From the NCBI RefSeq assembly GCF_009914755.1, contig NC_060928.1: 64,000 nt of DNA. One strand, given 5' to 3'. Positions 29,616-44,709 of this stretch are shown here, one piece after another. The number at the start of each line of letters is the position of its first letter. Position 1 is the stretch's first letter. Both the position numbers and the translations under genes were made by a program. This stretch comes from the human T2T-CHM13v2.0 reference genome, Homo sapiens. The notes under the pieces are model-generated. The model was given only the letters and a program-made list of their open reading frames with translations. It was not told the DNA's origin and searched no databases.

Positions 29616-32499
29616 GAGGGTCTCTGTGTTTCTTGAAGCCCTCACAGGGATGTCTCATTTTGCTCACCAACCAATCTGCCAGCTACAAGTTACCAGATAG
29701 CATCTGTTCACTTTTCCTCTTTTGTTCCAGTATGTCCCTTTGGGTGACCACAGCAAAATACTCTTTGTAAGAATGCCAAGTCCATGCCAAGGGCATTCTC
29801 GCCTTCTGCTTCTAAAGCCACCTGACCAAATTCAGCTTCTGTGAAGGAAGGTTAAAAAAAAAAAAAACAAAAACAAAAGAAAAGGCCTTTTCACCTGCAA
29901 ACCTTGTCACCTAGACAACACAGCAGTGTTGTGTCTGCTCAGAGCCTACACATTCTTTACAGAAAACCAGTTTATTAGGTTGCTGTCTCACTACTCCCTT
30001 CCTATAGGCAACCAAACCTCATGTACAGGATGGAGTTAGGAAGAAATTCCGAAGTTTGTCATGTCTTCCCCTCCATCACTTGATCTCTTGAAGCTGCCTC
30101 TGCTGCCAAGAGCCTGGTGCACACAGACAGACATATGTCCATAAAACCCACCCGTAGCCACAAAATGAAAGCTCCATATGCTTCAAACTGTGCAAGTTGC
30201 AAACTTTGGGATTATTAAGTGTGTCATTTGAAAATAAAACAGATTATTATAATTTCCCTTGAAAATACATAAACAGAAAAAGCCAAACATGATGATGTAC
30301 TAAAGCTGCTGCAAGAACATGCCGAGGAACATGCACATAGCTGGTCCTCTGCATGAAGGCAGTAGGGGTCCTTTGAAAATGCAAGGCTAACTGATACAGG
30401 ATAGGATTATATTGTGCAAAATACCAAAATCATACTCAGCACCAAATTTCTTATATTAAAGATTATAGAACAGCACTGGGGATTTTACCACATTTTTTGA
30501 AACGAAGCTGTTAACCATTCATGCTACACCTAAATTTATTGAAAAATATAAATCACAGATTTTTCAGTGGTAGCCCTAGATATAATGACGCTCCAGTTCT
30601 GTAAAAGTGATTTTGAATGGTACCTACAAATACAGAAAAGCACATCCATTCCTGAATTAAAGCTTTACATTTTTTTGTGTCAGTAGATAATTAAGTTGCT
30701 TGAAAGCCTGAAATATTTAGCCATTAACACCATTCTGATGAAAAGTTTTCAAGTAATTTCATTAATCCTTTTTATATCATTAGTCAATATTTCTCTTATC
30801 TCCTTTTATTTAAAAATAATAATAATGAGACTTTCTCTCCTAAGTGAATAGCATTACCTTTTATAATCTTAGAGCTTTATTAAAGGCCGAGACAGAGGAA
30901 ATAGAAAAGTAAACAGTGGCTCATTCAAAATAAGTTACATTAAAAAAAAGTATGAAATGCAAGAATTAATTATGATGCTGAATAGCTAAGGTCCTGTATA
31001 AGAAAGAAAAGAAAAATGGTGGCGAGTTAAAGTATTCTTTCAAATGCTTTACAAAGCAAGCTGTTAAGACAGAATATTTTGAAGAGAAATAATGTAATTG
31101 TACTTCTTTGATTCTAGACTCCTCAATCATACAATTAAATGTTGGCACTTTAATTTTGCTTGTTCAGCCTTTCATGTTTGTATGCATATATGCATGTACA
31201 TTTTGGGTAATAATATAAGGCTATTAAAATGCTAGCAGAGTTCACTTCTTTCTCTTTAAAATTGTGTGTCTTAACACGTTGTTTTATAAAATATTTATAA
31301 GAATGCTTTAATTTATCCCATTTTCCTTCCTTTTGGTCACATTTATATATAGTAGAGTGTATGTGTATATAAATACATCTACATATCTATAATAATTCTC
31401 AAGACAAATTTTAAGTATGCTGATAAAAAGAAAATCTCTGAATACTGCTCAGTCTTAAGAAGCTCATTTTCATCTCTTAATTTACAGTCTAGCTTATCTT
31501 TGTCTTTGTGTAAAATTTCAAATATATACAATAACAGAGAAGAAAATAAAAGAACTTCCATGTGCTTATCGTTTAGAAATCATTTTAATAACTACATGTA
31601 TAGTCCTAGTCCCAACGGTTTTGTTCATTAGAAATATGTCAGGATCCCACATAGTTCAATGCTCCACAGAGCATTCATCTCCCTTCTGGTTTCCCTCTTA
31701 CCTCTATCTTTCTTTCTACCTTATATTCTTCCCTTACAACTTAGCCTTTCTCTTATTCTGTCTGTTCCTATTAAAGTTAAGACCAGAAAATAATAATAAG
31801 TATGCAAACAGAAAGAGAAAAAGACAGAATAATGGGCTAGAACCTGCCTCCGTCAGGTCTTTTTTATTTGTCACTTTCAGCACACCCAGAGCTTACATAT
31901 CACCTAGACACACAAGTGACTGTTGTTCCAGCTTTCTTCTCCTCTGACATTCCTGTTTTACCTGCCAGAGCCTGTTATTAAAAATAATAATGCCATGGTT
32001 GCTTTTACAAAAATGAGTATTTCAGATTCACAGATATTAGACATAATATTCACAAACATTAATTAGTATGAGTTGCTCTACTTAAATTTAGCTCAGGAAA
32101 TGGATCTCTGAGAGAATAGAATATTGTATTGCTGATGGCAGTGGGGATTAAAACTAGATGGTGTGATAGCAGGCAGTACTGTGGAGCAGGGGAAGATGCT
32201 GGGTTCTATGCCCTCTTGTGAGTTCTAGGGGCAACATTCGTGAGACAGCTGGGTTCCTGAGAACAGGGTGCAGAAAAGATCAGTTTTACTGCATTTCAAA
32301 ATTTACTTTAGGGCTGGCCTTGAACAGAGAAAAGGAGAGCCCTGATTTAAGCACCTAGAACTCAATGCAACTGGTGTTAAACCTTAACTGCGTCATGATT
32401 AACCGGGCATCTGTGATATAGTCTGAATGCCAAATCAGCAACATAAGATTATAATTGTGGGTGAAAAGTTCTGCAAGATGACTTAGAAAAAAACACATT

Positions 32500-32885
32500 A
32501 ACATAATTAGATGTTTATGTTATATAAGCTGCCTACATACTTTCATTATTGCTATACATGAAAGTATATAGTATAGTATAATGAAAGTATATAGTAAAGT
32601 ATAATGAAAGTATACAAATATACTTTCATTATTGCTAAATTTTAGGGGATATTATGGTATTGTTCAATTGTTCTTGTATTTAACAATATATACTCAAAGA
32701 TTTATGAATGATGTGAAATGTCTGGGATTTACTTCAATATAATCAGAGACAATGAGAGGAGTGTGAAAAAAAAGAAATAAGAATGCCATGAGTTGGTCAT
32801 TGTCAAAGCTGAGTGACAGAAACATGGGAATTCATTTCATTGTCCTCTCCACATGTGTTTCAGACTTTACATAATAAAGATGTAA
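32500..32885 (+). mobile_element. L1ME4/L1MC-like 3' end
   Basis: atgtctgggatttacttcaatataatc...gccatgagttggtcattgtcaaagctgagtgac...cataataaa. Confidence 0.65.
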
Positions 32886-33365
32886 TATAAATAATAGATT
32901 ACAAAATTGTGTATATGTATATAAATATGTATATATTTTCCTTATGTACACAGATGTAACTCATTTTATTATACTTCACTTTATTGCACTTTACAGAAAC
33001 TGTTTTTTACAGATTAAAAGTCTGTGGCAGCCCTGTGTTGAGCAAGTCTATCAGCGCCATTTTTCAAAAAGCATGTACTCACTTTGTATCTCTTTACCAC
33101 ATTATGCTAATTCTCACAATATTTTAAATGATTTCATTATTATTATATCTGTTATGGTGATCTGTGACTAGAAATTTTTGATGTAATAATTGTAGTCATT
33201 TGGGGGCACCATGAACTGTGCCCACATAAGATGGTGAACTTAATCAATGAAGGACATGTCTATTCTGATTACTCTGACCATTCCTCCAACTCCGTCCCTC
33301 TCCTCGGACTTCCCTATTTCCCGAGCCACAACAATACTGAAATTAGTCCAATTAATAAGCCTACA

Positions 33366-34960
33366 ATGGCCTCTAAGTGTTTAAGAGAAAGGGTCACTGT
33401 CTCTCACTTGAAATCAAAAGCTACAAATGATTAAACTTAGTGAGAAAGGCATGTTGAAAGCCAAGAGGCCAAACGCTAGGTGTATTGTGCCAAACAGCTA
33501 AACAAGTTGCGAATGCAAAGGAAAAGTTCTTGAAGGAAATGAAAAGTGCTACTCCAGTGAACACATGAATGATAAGAAGGTAAAACAGTCTTATCTGAGT
33601 GGTCTGAATAGAAGATCAAACCAGCCACAATATTCCTTTAAGCCAAAGCGTAATCCAGAGAATGGCCCTGATTCTCTCCAATTCATGAAGGTTGAGAAGC
33701 ATGAGAAAGCTGCAGAAGAAAAGTTGGAAGCTAGCAGAGGTGGGTTCATGAGGCTTAAGGAAAGAAGCCATCTCCATGGCATAAAAGTGCAAGGTGAAGC
33801 ACCAAGTACTGATATGGAAGCTGCAGCAGGTAATCCAGAATATCTAGCTAAGGTAATTGATGAAGGTAGCTGCACTAAACAACAGATTCTCAATGCAGAT
33901 GAAACTGACGTGTATTGGAAGGAAACGCCATTAGGAGTTTCATAGATAGAGAGAGAAGTCAATGCCTGGCTTCAAAGCTTCAAAGGACAGGCTGACTCTT
34001 TTGTTAGGGGCTAATGCAGCTTTGACATTATGTGGAAGCGAACACTCATTTACCATTCTAAAAATCGAGGGCCCTTAAGAATTATACTAAATCTAATCTT
34101 CCTATGCTCTATAAATGGAACCAAAAAAGCCAGAATGACAGCACATCTGTTTACAGAATGGTTTACTAAATATTTTAAACCCACTGTTGAGACCTACTGC
34201 TCAGAAAAAAAAAAAAATCCTTTCAAAAGTTGCTGCTCATTGACAATGCACCTGATCACCAAGAACTCTGATGGAGATGTACAAGGAGATTGATGTTGTT
34301 TTCATATCTGCTAAGACAATATCCATTCTACAATCCATAGATCAAGGAATAATTTTGATTTCAAGTCTTATTATTTAAAAAATACATTTCTTTAGGCTAT
34401 AGCTTCCATAAATGGTGATTCCTTTGATGGATCTGGGCAAAGTAAATTGAAAACTTTCTGGAAAGGATTTGTCATTCTATATGCCATTAAGAACATTTGT
34501 GATTTATGGGAGGAGGTCAAAATATCAACATTAACAGGAGTTTGGGAGAAGTTTATTCCAACCTTCATGGACTATTTTGCTGAGATCAAGACCTCAGAGG
34601 AGCAAGTAACTGCAGAGGTGGTAGAAATAGAGAACTAGAAGTGGAGTCTGAAGACACAACTGAATTACCGCAATCTGATGATAAAACTTTAAACAAATGA
34701 AAATTTACTTCTCATTGATGAGCAAAGAAAGTGGTTTCTTGAAGTAAAATCTATTCCTGGTGAAGATGCTGTGAACATTGTTGAAATGACAGCAAAGGAT
34801 TTAGAGTATTACACAAACTTAAATGAAAAGGCAGTGGCAGGGTTTGAGAGGGTTGACTTCAATTTTGAAAGTTTTAATTTGGTTAAAAGCTATCAAAAAG
34901 CAACACATGCTGCAGAGAAATCTTTCACAAAAGGAAGAGTCAATTTATGAGAAAAAAATT
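33366..34960 (+). pseudogene. Disrupted Tigger1 (pogo-family) transposase
   Basis: Starts MASKC. Fragments include KLEASRG.FMRLKERS, ILNADET..YWK, LLIDNA and LQSIDQGII, with multiple frameshifts and stops. Confidence 0.88.
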
Positions 34961-34990
34961 CATTGTCTTATTTAAGAATTTGCCTCAGCC

Positions 34991-35304
<314 letters not shown>

Positions 35305-36634
35305 TCAGCAACCAACACCCTGATCGGTCAGCAGCCATCAACATCGAAGCAGGACCCCCCAGCCACAAAGAGAATTATGACTTGCTGGAGGCCCAAATGA
35401 TCATGAGCATTTTTTAGCAGTAAAGTAGTTTTAAATTAAAATAGGTACATTTTTGGACATAATGCTATAAATATAGTATAAACATAACTTTTGTATGCCC
35501 TGGGATGCCAAAAAACTTGTGTGACTCACTTTATTGGGATATTTGCTTTAATACAGTGCTATAGAACAAACCTGAATATATGTATTCTTCCAGTAATCAA
35601 TCAGGCAAGCTTAGTATGCTATCTAGTATTTTCAACAGAAATATTTCTCTTTTTTCACCAAAAATAAGTAGCTGTGGAAAGAACAGAATTGTTTGATAGG
35701 AGTTAATGAACTTGCATTTGCTGTACCAAGAGACAACATTAGTATCAAACCCATGAATATAACATGCTGAAGCAGAAGGTTCACAGCTGTGAAAAGGAAA
35801 CCTTTCTAACCAGACCACCAAGGGGGAAAAATTGCTGCTTCTTGATAGATGAGAGATGAAACAACCAAATTGGCTATTCTGAACACTGCCAATATTCCTG
35901 AAAGACAGCCCATGTCAGATAAACATCCTTAGTAAACATTAAGAAGTGGTGTTATGGTGGTAAAGTAACATTGGTATTTGGTTAAGACAAAAAAAGGAAT
36001 AAAGGAAATACTAACCAGATAGAATTTTGCCTTTTGGACTATGTACAGGATATGTAATATCCATTGAAGAAGGATTTACCAGCCTCAAAGAACTCAGAGG
36101 TCCCTAGCATCATTTTATGCAAATCAGTTTCTTTGCTCCATTTATTTTATAATACATTGCAAAAGTTATACGCTTTTTCTATTGAAGCAAATATTCATAT
36201 TTTAAAATAATGCATCTTGGAATCAGTAACCAGTATATTGAAAGAATACCTTCTTTCACAGTAGGAGTTGCTTATACTTATGTTGAGGATAAATTTTCTT
36301 TAAGAATAAAAATCACGAATATTATCTGTATAAGCACTGCTTTTATTCTCACCCTATTTTGTAGGTGTGGCAGGCAACAATTCAAAGGTTACTACCAGGT
36401 TGTAAATCCTTGTTCTTTAGTTCTTGTTAGTATTAACTGAAAAAGATCTGTCTCATCACATGAAAGAAGCACCAATAGGGCTGGCATGTACAAAAACCTT
36501 TTTCTCCTACAAGTTAGCAACAAATTTATACACACTGGCATTTTAATGGCTCTGGAAAATTTTATCCATCAATCTTTCAAAACCTAGTGAGGATAAAATA
36601 ATCTTCTAACTTCCAACAGGAATTAGCTGTATCT

Positions 36635-36762
36635 AAAAGGAAGGAAAGAAGAAAAGAAAGAAAGGAAGGAAGAGAGGAGGGAAGGAGGGAGAGGGGAAAG
36701 GAGGGTGAGAAGAGAAAGGAAAGGGAGGAGAGAAAGGAAAGGCAGGAAAGAAAGGAAAAAAG
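36635..36762. repeat. GA-rich low-complexity polypurine tract
   Basis: About 125 nt of almost only G and A. Confidence 0.85.
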
Positions 36763-38366
36763 TAAACCTGTGAAAGTGTAAGTTTTGGAGTACTTGATAC
36801 TGAATATATTAGTAGTAAGCTATTGAGTGGAATTAACAAGATGGTAAAATGGGAGTTTTCTGCCATCATCACCCTGCAAAAGTATCAATTTTGACTACCA
36901 CCTGTGGATGTCAGTAACTGTGGGATTTGGGTGTCCCCCAAAGAAGTTCCACCAGACTGTTGGATCACAAAAATCTGAAAATAGATGCATTTAAAAAAGC
37001 TAAAAAATAATTCATTTCACCTGCAGCACCTTACCCCAAGGCAGCATGGCTCAATGCCAAGAGAACCTCCCCTGGGCTCTGCCCACAGGGAGAAGTGACA
37101 GTGTGATGAGTGAGCACCTGGTTCCCTCAGCTATGCAGAACACTGCCCAAGAGATCCATTATCTTTCTCACCCAAAATACTAAGATGATCAGCATGGATG
37201 AGTGAATGGCTAAGAGAGTCTGGGAGCAGGGAAAAGAGGTCATATTCCTTAGTAACCAATCTGTGGACAACCACCCAAAACCACTTGGGATATCTGGCAT
37301 GTGTACACCTCCTAACTAGCCTACAGACACCCTCAATGGTCCACACACCTTACACCCCTAACTCATAGCCTGCTTTCCACACAACACCCAGGTGGTGAGT
37401 ATGAGTTTTGCAGACAGTTTATGACCACATGCAGCCAGCTGGCTTAACTCTGTGGAATCAGGAGAAGGCATACAAACTCAAGCATGTCAATGCATCACCC
37501 TGGGGGAAAAAAAAATGAAAGACTATCAGCACTTGGCTTGGCCTTCTTGGATCAAGAAAAGGCACAGAATCTTAACAATTCTCCCCCTGTCTAAAGAAGG
37601 CACAAGAGGCACTTTCATAGAAAATGCCTAAGTACCTCAGAATTCCTATCCTGGCTGACTAATTAATATGTTGCTCTCACAGAACTCTAATATGAAGGAT
37701 AAAAACAAAAGTATTTAAAAATAACTGTAGGCATAATAATTTGTTAAAAAATTCATGATATTAAGGGATATAAATTTTGACATTAAAAAATCTAAACTGA
37801 GGAAGGGAGCTTAAAAGTGCAGTTTCATATGCAATTAAAATTCTGTTATCACCTAAAACTGTAAGACTCTTATAACTTATAGACTATTATAATGATAAAG
37901 TATTTTACAAAATCCTCATGGAAATTACAAAGCAAAAAATTATCATAGATACACTAAGATAAAGAGGAAAGAATCAAAGCATACCATTACAGAAAATTAT
38001 AAAATCACAAAGGAAGGCAGCAAAAATGGTTTAAAAGAAAACAAAGAATATGTAACTCAACCATAAAAATAATCAATAAAATGATTATAGTAAGTCCTTG
38101 CCCATCAATGATTACCACGAATGTAATTGGATCAAATTCTCAAAAGACAGGGTGGCATAATGGATTTTTTAAAAAAGAAACAACTATATGTTGCCTACAA
38201 GATACTACTTCAGCTTTAAGAAAACATAAAGTGAAGCAATGAAATTTCACACAAATGGAAACAAAAAAAGAGCAGGGGTAATTATATAAGACAAAACAGA
38301 CTTTAAGTCAGAAACTGTAACAAGTGATAAAGAAGGTCATTATATAAGGATAAAGAAGTAAATTCA

Positions 38367-38675
<309 letters not shown>

Positions 38676-39849
38676 AAGTAAATTCATCAATAGGATAAAG
38701 CATTGTAAATATATATATGCACCCAATATTATAGCACCTAAATATATAAATCAAATATCAACAAAACTGAAGGGAGAAATGAACAGCAATGCAATATTAG
38801 TAGGAAACGTTAATTCCTCACTTTCAACAACGGATAGATCATCCAGACAGAAAAATCAATAAGGAAACATTAGACTTGAACTACACTTTAAACCAAGTGG
38901 ACCTCACAGACACATACAGAATATTCCATCCAACAGCAGCAGAATACACCTTGTTTTCAAGCACATGCTAAACATTCTCAAAGACAGATAATATATGTTG
39001 GGCCACAAAACAAGCCTTAACAAATTTAAGAAGGTTAGAATAATAATTATCTTTTCCAACCACAATAATATGAAACTAGAAATCAATACCAAGAAGAAAA
39101 CTGGAAAACTCACAAATATGTAGAAATTAATCAACATACCCCTGAACAACCAATGATCCAAAACTAAATTTTAAAAAATGTTAAAATGTCTTGAGGCAAA
39201 AAAAATTTAAAACAACATATCAAAACTTATGAGATACAGCAAAAGCAGTTATAAGAGGGAAGTTTACAGGGATAAATGCCTACATGAATAAAAAAGAAAG
39301 ATCTCAAATAAACAACCTAACTTTACACCTTCAGGAATTTTTTAAAAAGTAAATAAACTAAGCATAGAGTTTGTATAAAGAAGGAAATAGCACAGATCAG
39401 AAGAGAAATAAATAGACACTAGAGAACAATAAAAAAGATCAATGAAACTGAGGTTGGTTTTTTGAAAAAATAAACAAAATCAACAAACATTTAGCCAGAC
39501 TAAGAAAATAGGAGATAAGACTCAAATAAAGGATAAAATCAGAACTCAAAGATGTAACATTACAACTGGTACCACAGAAATACAAATAATCCGAATATTA
39601 TTAACAATAACATGCCAACAAATTGGATAAGCTAGAGGAAATGGATAACTTCCTAGATATACACAATCTACCAAGACTAAATCATGAATAGGAAAACTGA
39701 GCAAACCAATAATGAGTAAGGAGACTGAATAAGCAAACCAATAATGAGTAAGGAGATTGAATCAGTAATCAAAAACCTCCCAAAAAAGAAAAAGCCAGGA
39801 TCCGATAGCTTCACTGGTAAAGTCTACAAAATATTTAAAGAAGAATTAA

Positions 39850-40543
<694 letters not shown>

Positions 40544-41155
40544 CAAATTCATTTTTCTAAGGCCAACATTACCTTGATACCAAAGACAGCTGAGGGCACT
40601 ACAAAAAAAAAAAAAAAAAAGTTACAGGTCAATATCACTGATGAATCTAGATGCAAAACTCCTCTATAGAATACTGGCAAACTGAATGCAACAGCACAAT
40701 GTAAGCATAATATACCTTCAGCAAGTAGAATTTATCCCTGGGATGCAAGGATGGTACATTTGTACATCTCTAAATGTGACACACCACATTAAAAGAATGA
40801 ATAATAAAAATCATTTGATCATCTCAAAAGATGCAGAGAAAGTATTTGACAAAATTCAACATTTTTTCATAATACAAACTCAACCAATTAGGAATAGAAG
40901 TAACATACCTCAGCACAAGAAATGCCATATATAACAAACCACCAGCTTACATCAAAAGCAAAAACAAAAAAAAAAAACCCCAGCATACTCAAGAGTAAAA
41001 AGCTGAAAGCCTTTCTTCTAAGATCAGGAATGAGACAAGAATGTCCCCTCTACCACTTCTATTCAACATGGCACTAGAAGTCCTAGCCAGAGCAATTAGA
41101 CAAGAAAAATAAACAAAAGCCAACAAAATAAAAAAAATAAGTAAAATTGTCTCTG

Positions 41156-41512
41156 CATGTTAGTCCATTTGGGTTGTTAAAACAAAATATTATAAACTGG
41201 GTAGCTTAAAAACAGTAGAAGTTTATTTTACATAGTTATGGAAACTGGAAAGTCCAAGATCAAGGCAGATTTTTGTCACTCATGAGAGTCAGCTTCCCCA
41301 TAAATGGCATCAGGTTGCTGTGTCATCATGTGGTGGAAGGGGTGAAGGGTCTCTTTAGGGCCTTTTTAATAAGGGTACTAATGCCATTAGTGAGGGCTCT
41401 GTCCCCATGACCTAATTAGTCCTTTAAGGCCCACATCCTAATACATACCATCATGCTGAGGTGAGGATTTCAATATATGTTATGAGGGAACATAAACATT
41501 CAGACTATAGCA
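41156..41512 (-). mobile_element. MLT1A/MLT1A0-like MaLR solo LTR
   Basis: ttagtccatttgggttgttaaaacaaaata...aagtccaagatcaagg...aacattcagactatagca. It interrupts L1 ORF2. Confidence 0.85.
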
Positions 41513-42119
41513 CCTGTTTGCAAATGACATAATCTCACATAAAGTAAACTCTGAAACAAATTAAGTAAAGTTGAAGTCCACAAAATCAACATTCAAAAAA
41601 TTTGTTGCATTCTATACACTAATGTCCCAAAAAGAAATTAAGGAAACAGTCACATTTACATTACCATCAAAAAGAATAAAACAAGAATTTAACCAAGGAG
41701 GTAAAAGATTTGTGTATTGAAAATGTTTGCAAACCCCGTATCCACTAAAACTTTAACATCTACAATATATAAGAAAATCACAAAATTCAAAGCAAAAAAA
41801 GACATATAACCAGATCAGAAAATGGACAAAAGACGAGAATAAACATTTTCCCAAAGAAGACATATGAATAGCCAACAAGTAAATTAAAAGATGTTCAACA
41901 TCACTAATCATCAAGGAAATGTAAATCAGAACAACAATTATATGTATCACCTCACACCTGTTAAGACGGCTTTCATTAAAAAGTCAAAAGATAACAAGCA
42001 TGGGTTAGGGTCTGGAGAAAAGGAAACTCTTACACATTATTGGTAGAAATGTATAAGTTCATACAGCTCTCATGGAAAACATTATGGAGGTTCCTCAACT
42101 AATTAAAAATAAAACTACA

Positions 42120-42260
42120 CCCATTAACTCGTCATTACCAACATGGCACATGTATACATATGTAACAAACCTGCACGTTATGCACATGTACCCTAAAACT
42201 TAAAGTATAATAATAATAATAATAAAAAAATATTTAATAGGTTAAAAAATAAAATAAAAT
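42120..42260 (+). mobile_element. Very short L1PA5-like insertion with micro-inversion
   Basis: L1PA 3' terminus (catggcacatgtatacatatgtaacaaacctgcacgtt...aaacttaaagtataat). TSD AAATAAAACTACA at 42107-42119 and 42261-42273. Confidence 0.88.
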
Positions 42261-43009
42261 AAATAAAACTACAATATAATCCATCATTTCTACTTCTGGG
42301 TATATATCTACAGGAAGTAAGATCACTATCTTGAAGAGATATCTGAACTCCTATGTTCATTGCAGCGTTATTCCTAATTGCCAAGATATGGGAAAAAAAC
42401 AAAGTGTCTATTGATGAATGGACAAAGAAAATACGGTATGTGTATATACGCAAACACACACACACAAAAACACACAATGGAATGTTATTTAGCCTTAACA
42501 AAGAAGGAAATGTTGCAATGTGTGACAACATGGATGAATCTGGAGGAAATTATGCTAAGTGAAATAAGCCAGGAACAGAAAGACAAATGATGCATGATCT
42601 TACTTATACGTGGAATCTAAAAAAGTCAAATTCACAGAAATAGAGAAGGGTGGTTATCAAGGATTGGAGATGGGGATAAAGAGGGAGAGGCTGATCAAAG
42701 TATATAAATTTTCAGTTATAAAATAAATAATTCCTGGAGATCTAACGTACAGCTTGATGTTTATAGTTAATAATAATGTATTTTTTACTTGCAATTTGCT
42801 AAGAGAGTAGCTCTTATGTATTCTCAGTACACACATTGAAAAAAGTGGTAACTATGTGCTGTGATGAATGTTAATTGGCTTAATTGTGGTAATCATTTCA
42901 CAATGTATACATATATCAAAACATTACTTTGTACACCTTAAATATATACAATTTTTACTTGTCAATCATACCTCCACAAAGCTGAGGAAATTTTTTTAAA
43001 TAGTCTGTT

Positions 43010-44072
43010 CACCAAAAGCAATTGCAACAAAAATAAAAATTGACAAATGGGACTCAGTTAAAGAGTTTCTGCAGGGTAAAAGAAACTGTCAACAGAGTAA
43101 ACTATCAACAGACAACCTACAGAATGGGAGAAAATATTTGCAAACTATGCATTCAACAAAGGTCTAGTATTGAGAATCTGTAAGGAACTTAAACAAATTA
43201 ACAAGCAAAAAATTAATAACTCCATCAAAAAGTGGGAAAAGGACATGAATAGACTTTTCACGTCTCCTTTTCAAAAGGAAACATACAAGCAGCTAACAAC
43301 CATATGAAAAATTGCTCAATATCACTAATCATTAGAGAAATGCAAATAAAAACCACAATGAGATACCATCTCTCACCAGTCAGAATGGCTATTATTAAAA
43401 AGTCAAAAAATAACAGATGCTGATGAGGTTGCCGAGAAATGGAAACACTTATACATTGCTGATGGAAATGTAAATTAGTTCAGTGATTGTGGAAAGCAGC
43501 GTGGTGATTTCTCAAAGAACTCAAAACAGTTACTGTTTGACCCAACAGTCTCATTATTGGGTATATACTCAAAGGAATATAAACAGTTCTACCATAAAGA
43601 CACATACACACATATCTTCATCACAGCATTATTCACAATCACAAAGTCATGGAATCAACCTAAATGCCTATCAACAGTAAACTAGATAAAGAAAATGTAG
43701 TACATATATATCATGGACTACTATGCAGCCATAAGAAAGAACAAGAGCATGTCCTTTGCACAGCATGGATGGTGCTGGAGGCCACAATCCTAAGCAAACA
43801 AACACAAGAACAGAAAACCAAATACCACATGTTCTCACTTATAAGTGGGAGCTAAGCACTAAGTACATATGCACACAAAGAAGGGAACAGCAGACACCAG
43901 GATCTACTTGAGGGTGGAGGGAAGGAGGAGGGAGAAGATCGGAAAACAATGTATCTGGTACTATGTTTATTACTGGAGTGAAAAAATAATCTGTACACTA
44001 AACTCCTTTGACACAGGTTTACTTATGTAACAAACCTCGATGTGTACCCCTGAACCTAAAATAAAAGTTAAA
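43010..44072 (+). mobile_element. 5'-truncated L1PA15/16-like LINE
   Basis: ORF2 C-terminal part and 3'UTR (ctcacttataagtgggagcta...gaacctaaaataaaagtt). TSD-like AAATA(A)GTCTGTT on both sides. Confidence 0.9.
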
Positions 44073-44119
44073 AAATAAGTCTGTTTATTGATCAGTATTT
44101 CCTTCAGAAAATAAGAATA

Positions 44120-44141
44120 TGTGTGTTTGTGCACATGCACG

Positions 44142-44176
<35 letters not shown>
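44120..44176. repeat. Imperfect (TG)n microsatellite
   Basis: TG run, perfect over about 44146-44176. Confidence 0.9.
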
Positions 44177-44179
<3 letters not shown>

Positions 44180-44709
44180 GGTCAGCACTTTTGAAAACTA
44201 AAGTGAAGACTTTATCTGCACTGATAAAATTTGATTTTTTTGTATATTTAATTTTCTGTGTCAACACTCTGCTGTGTTAGTTGGGTAAGTGAAACCAAGT
44301 GATAAAAATTTAAATTTACTAAGGATCTAGAAAGGCAACTATCCTTAAAGGACTAGCATTCAGAAATTAATTTGGAGTTTGTGAACTACTTTTTGCCCTG
44401 TTATGCTACTTAACTATTAACTTTGGCAAAACCTAACCTCTCTGCCCATCCATCAACATACAAAGAAATAAAACTAAAAATAGCAAGCAACGCCCCTGTC
44501 CTGAAGCAACCTACCCAGCATTACAAATTAAAGAAACTGAAGATTAGACTAAAGAAGTCCTTTGCTCTTTGTATCTAAAAAGTCTTGTTCTTCATAACCA
44601 AAATCAATTCATTCATAGGCTCATTAATGAAGTTTTCTCTTTGGCAAATTGTAATTAAATATTTCACACATGCTAAGCCACTATGCTTGTCACTAAATCT
44701 ATAATTAGT

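Noticed and set aside
33565-33945. 126-aa transposase ORF as a domesticated TIGD-like gene
   Set aside because: It is only a fragment of a frameshifted Tigger1 copy, with the catalytic motifs spread over different frames.
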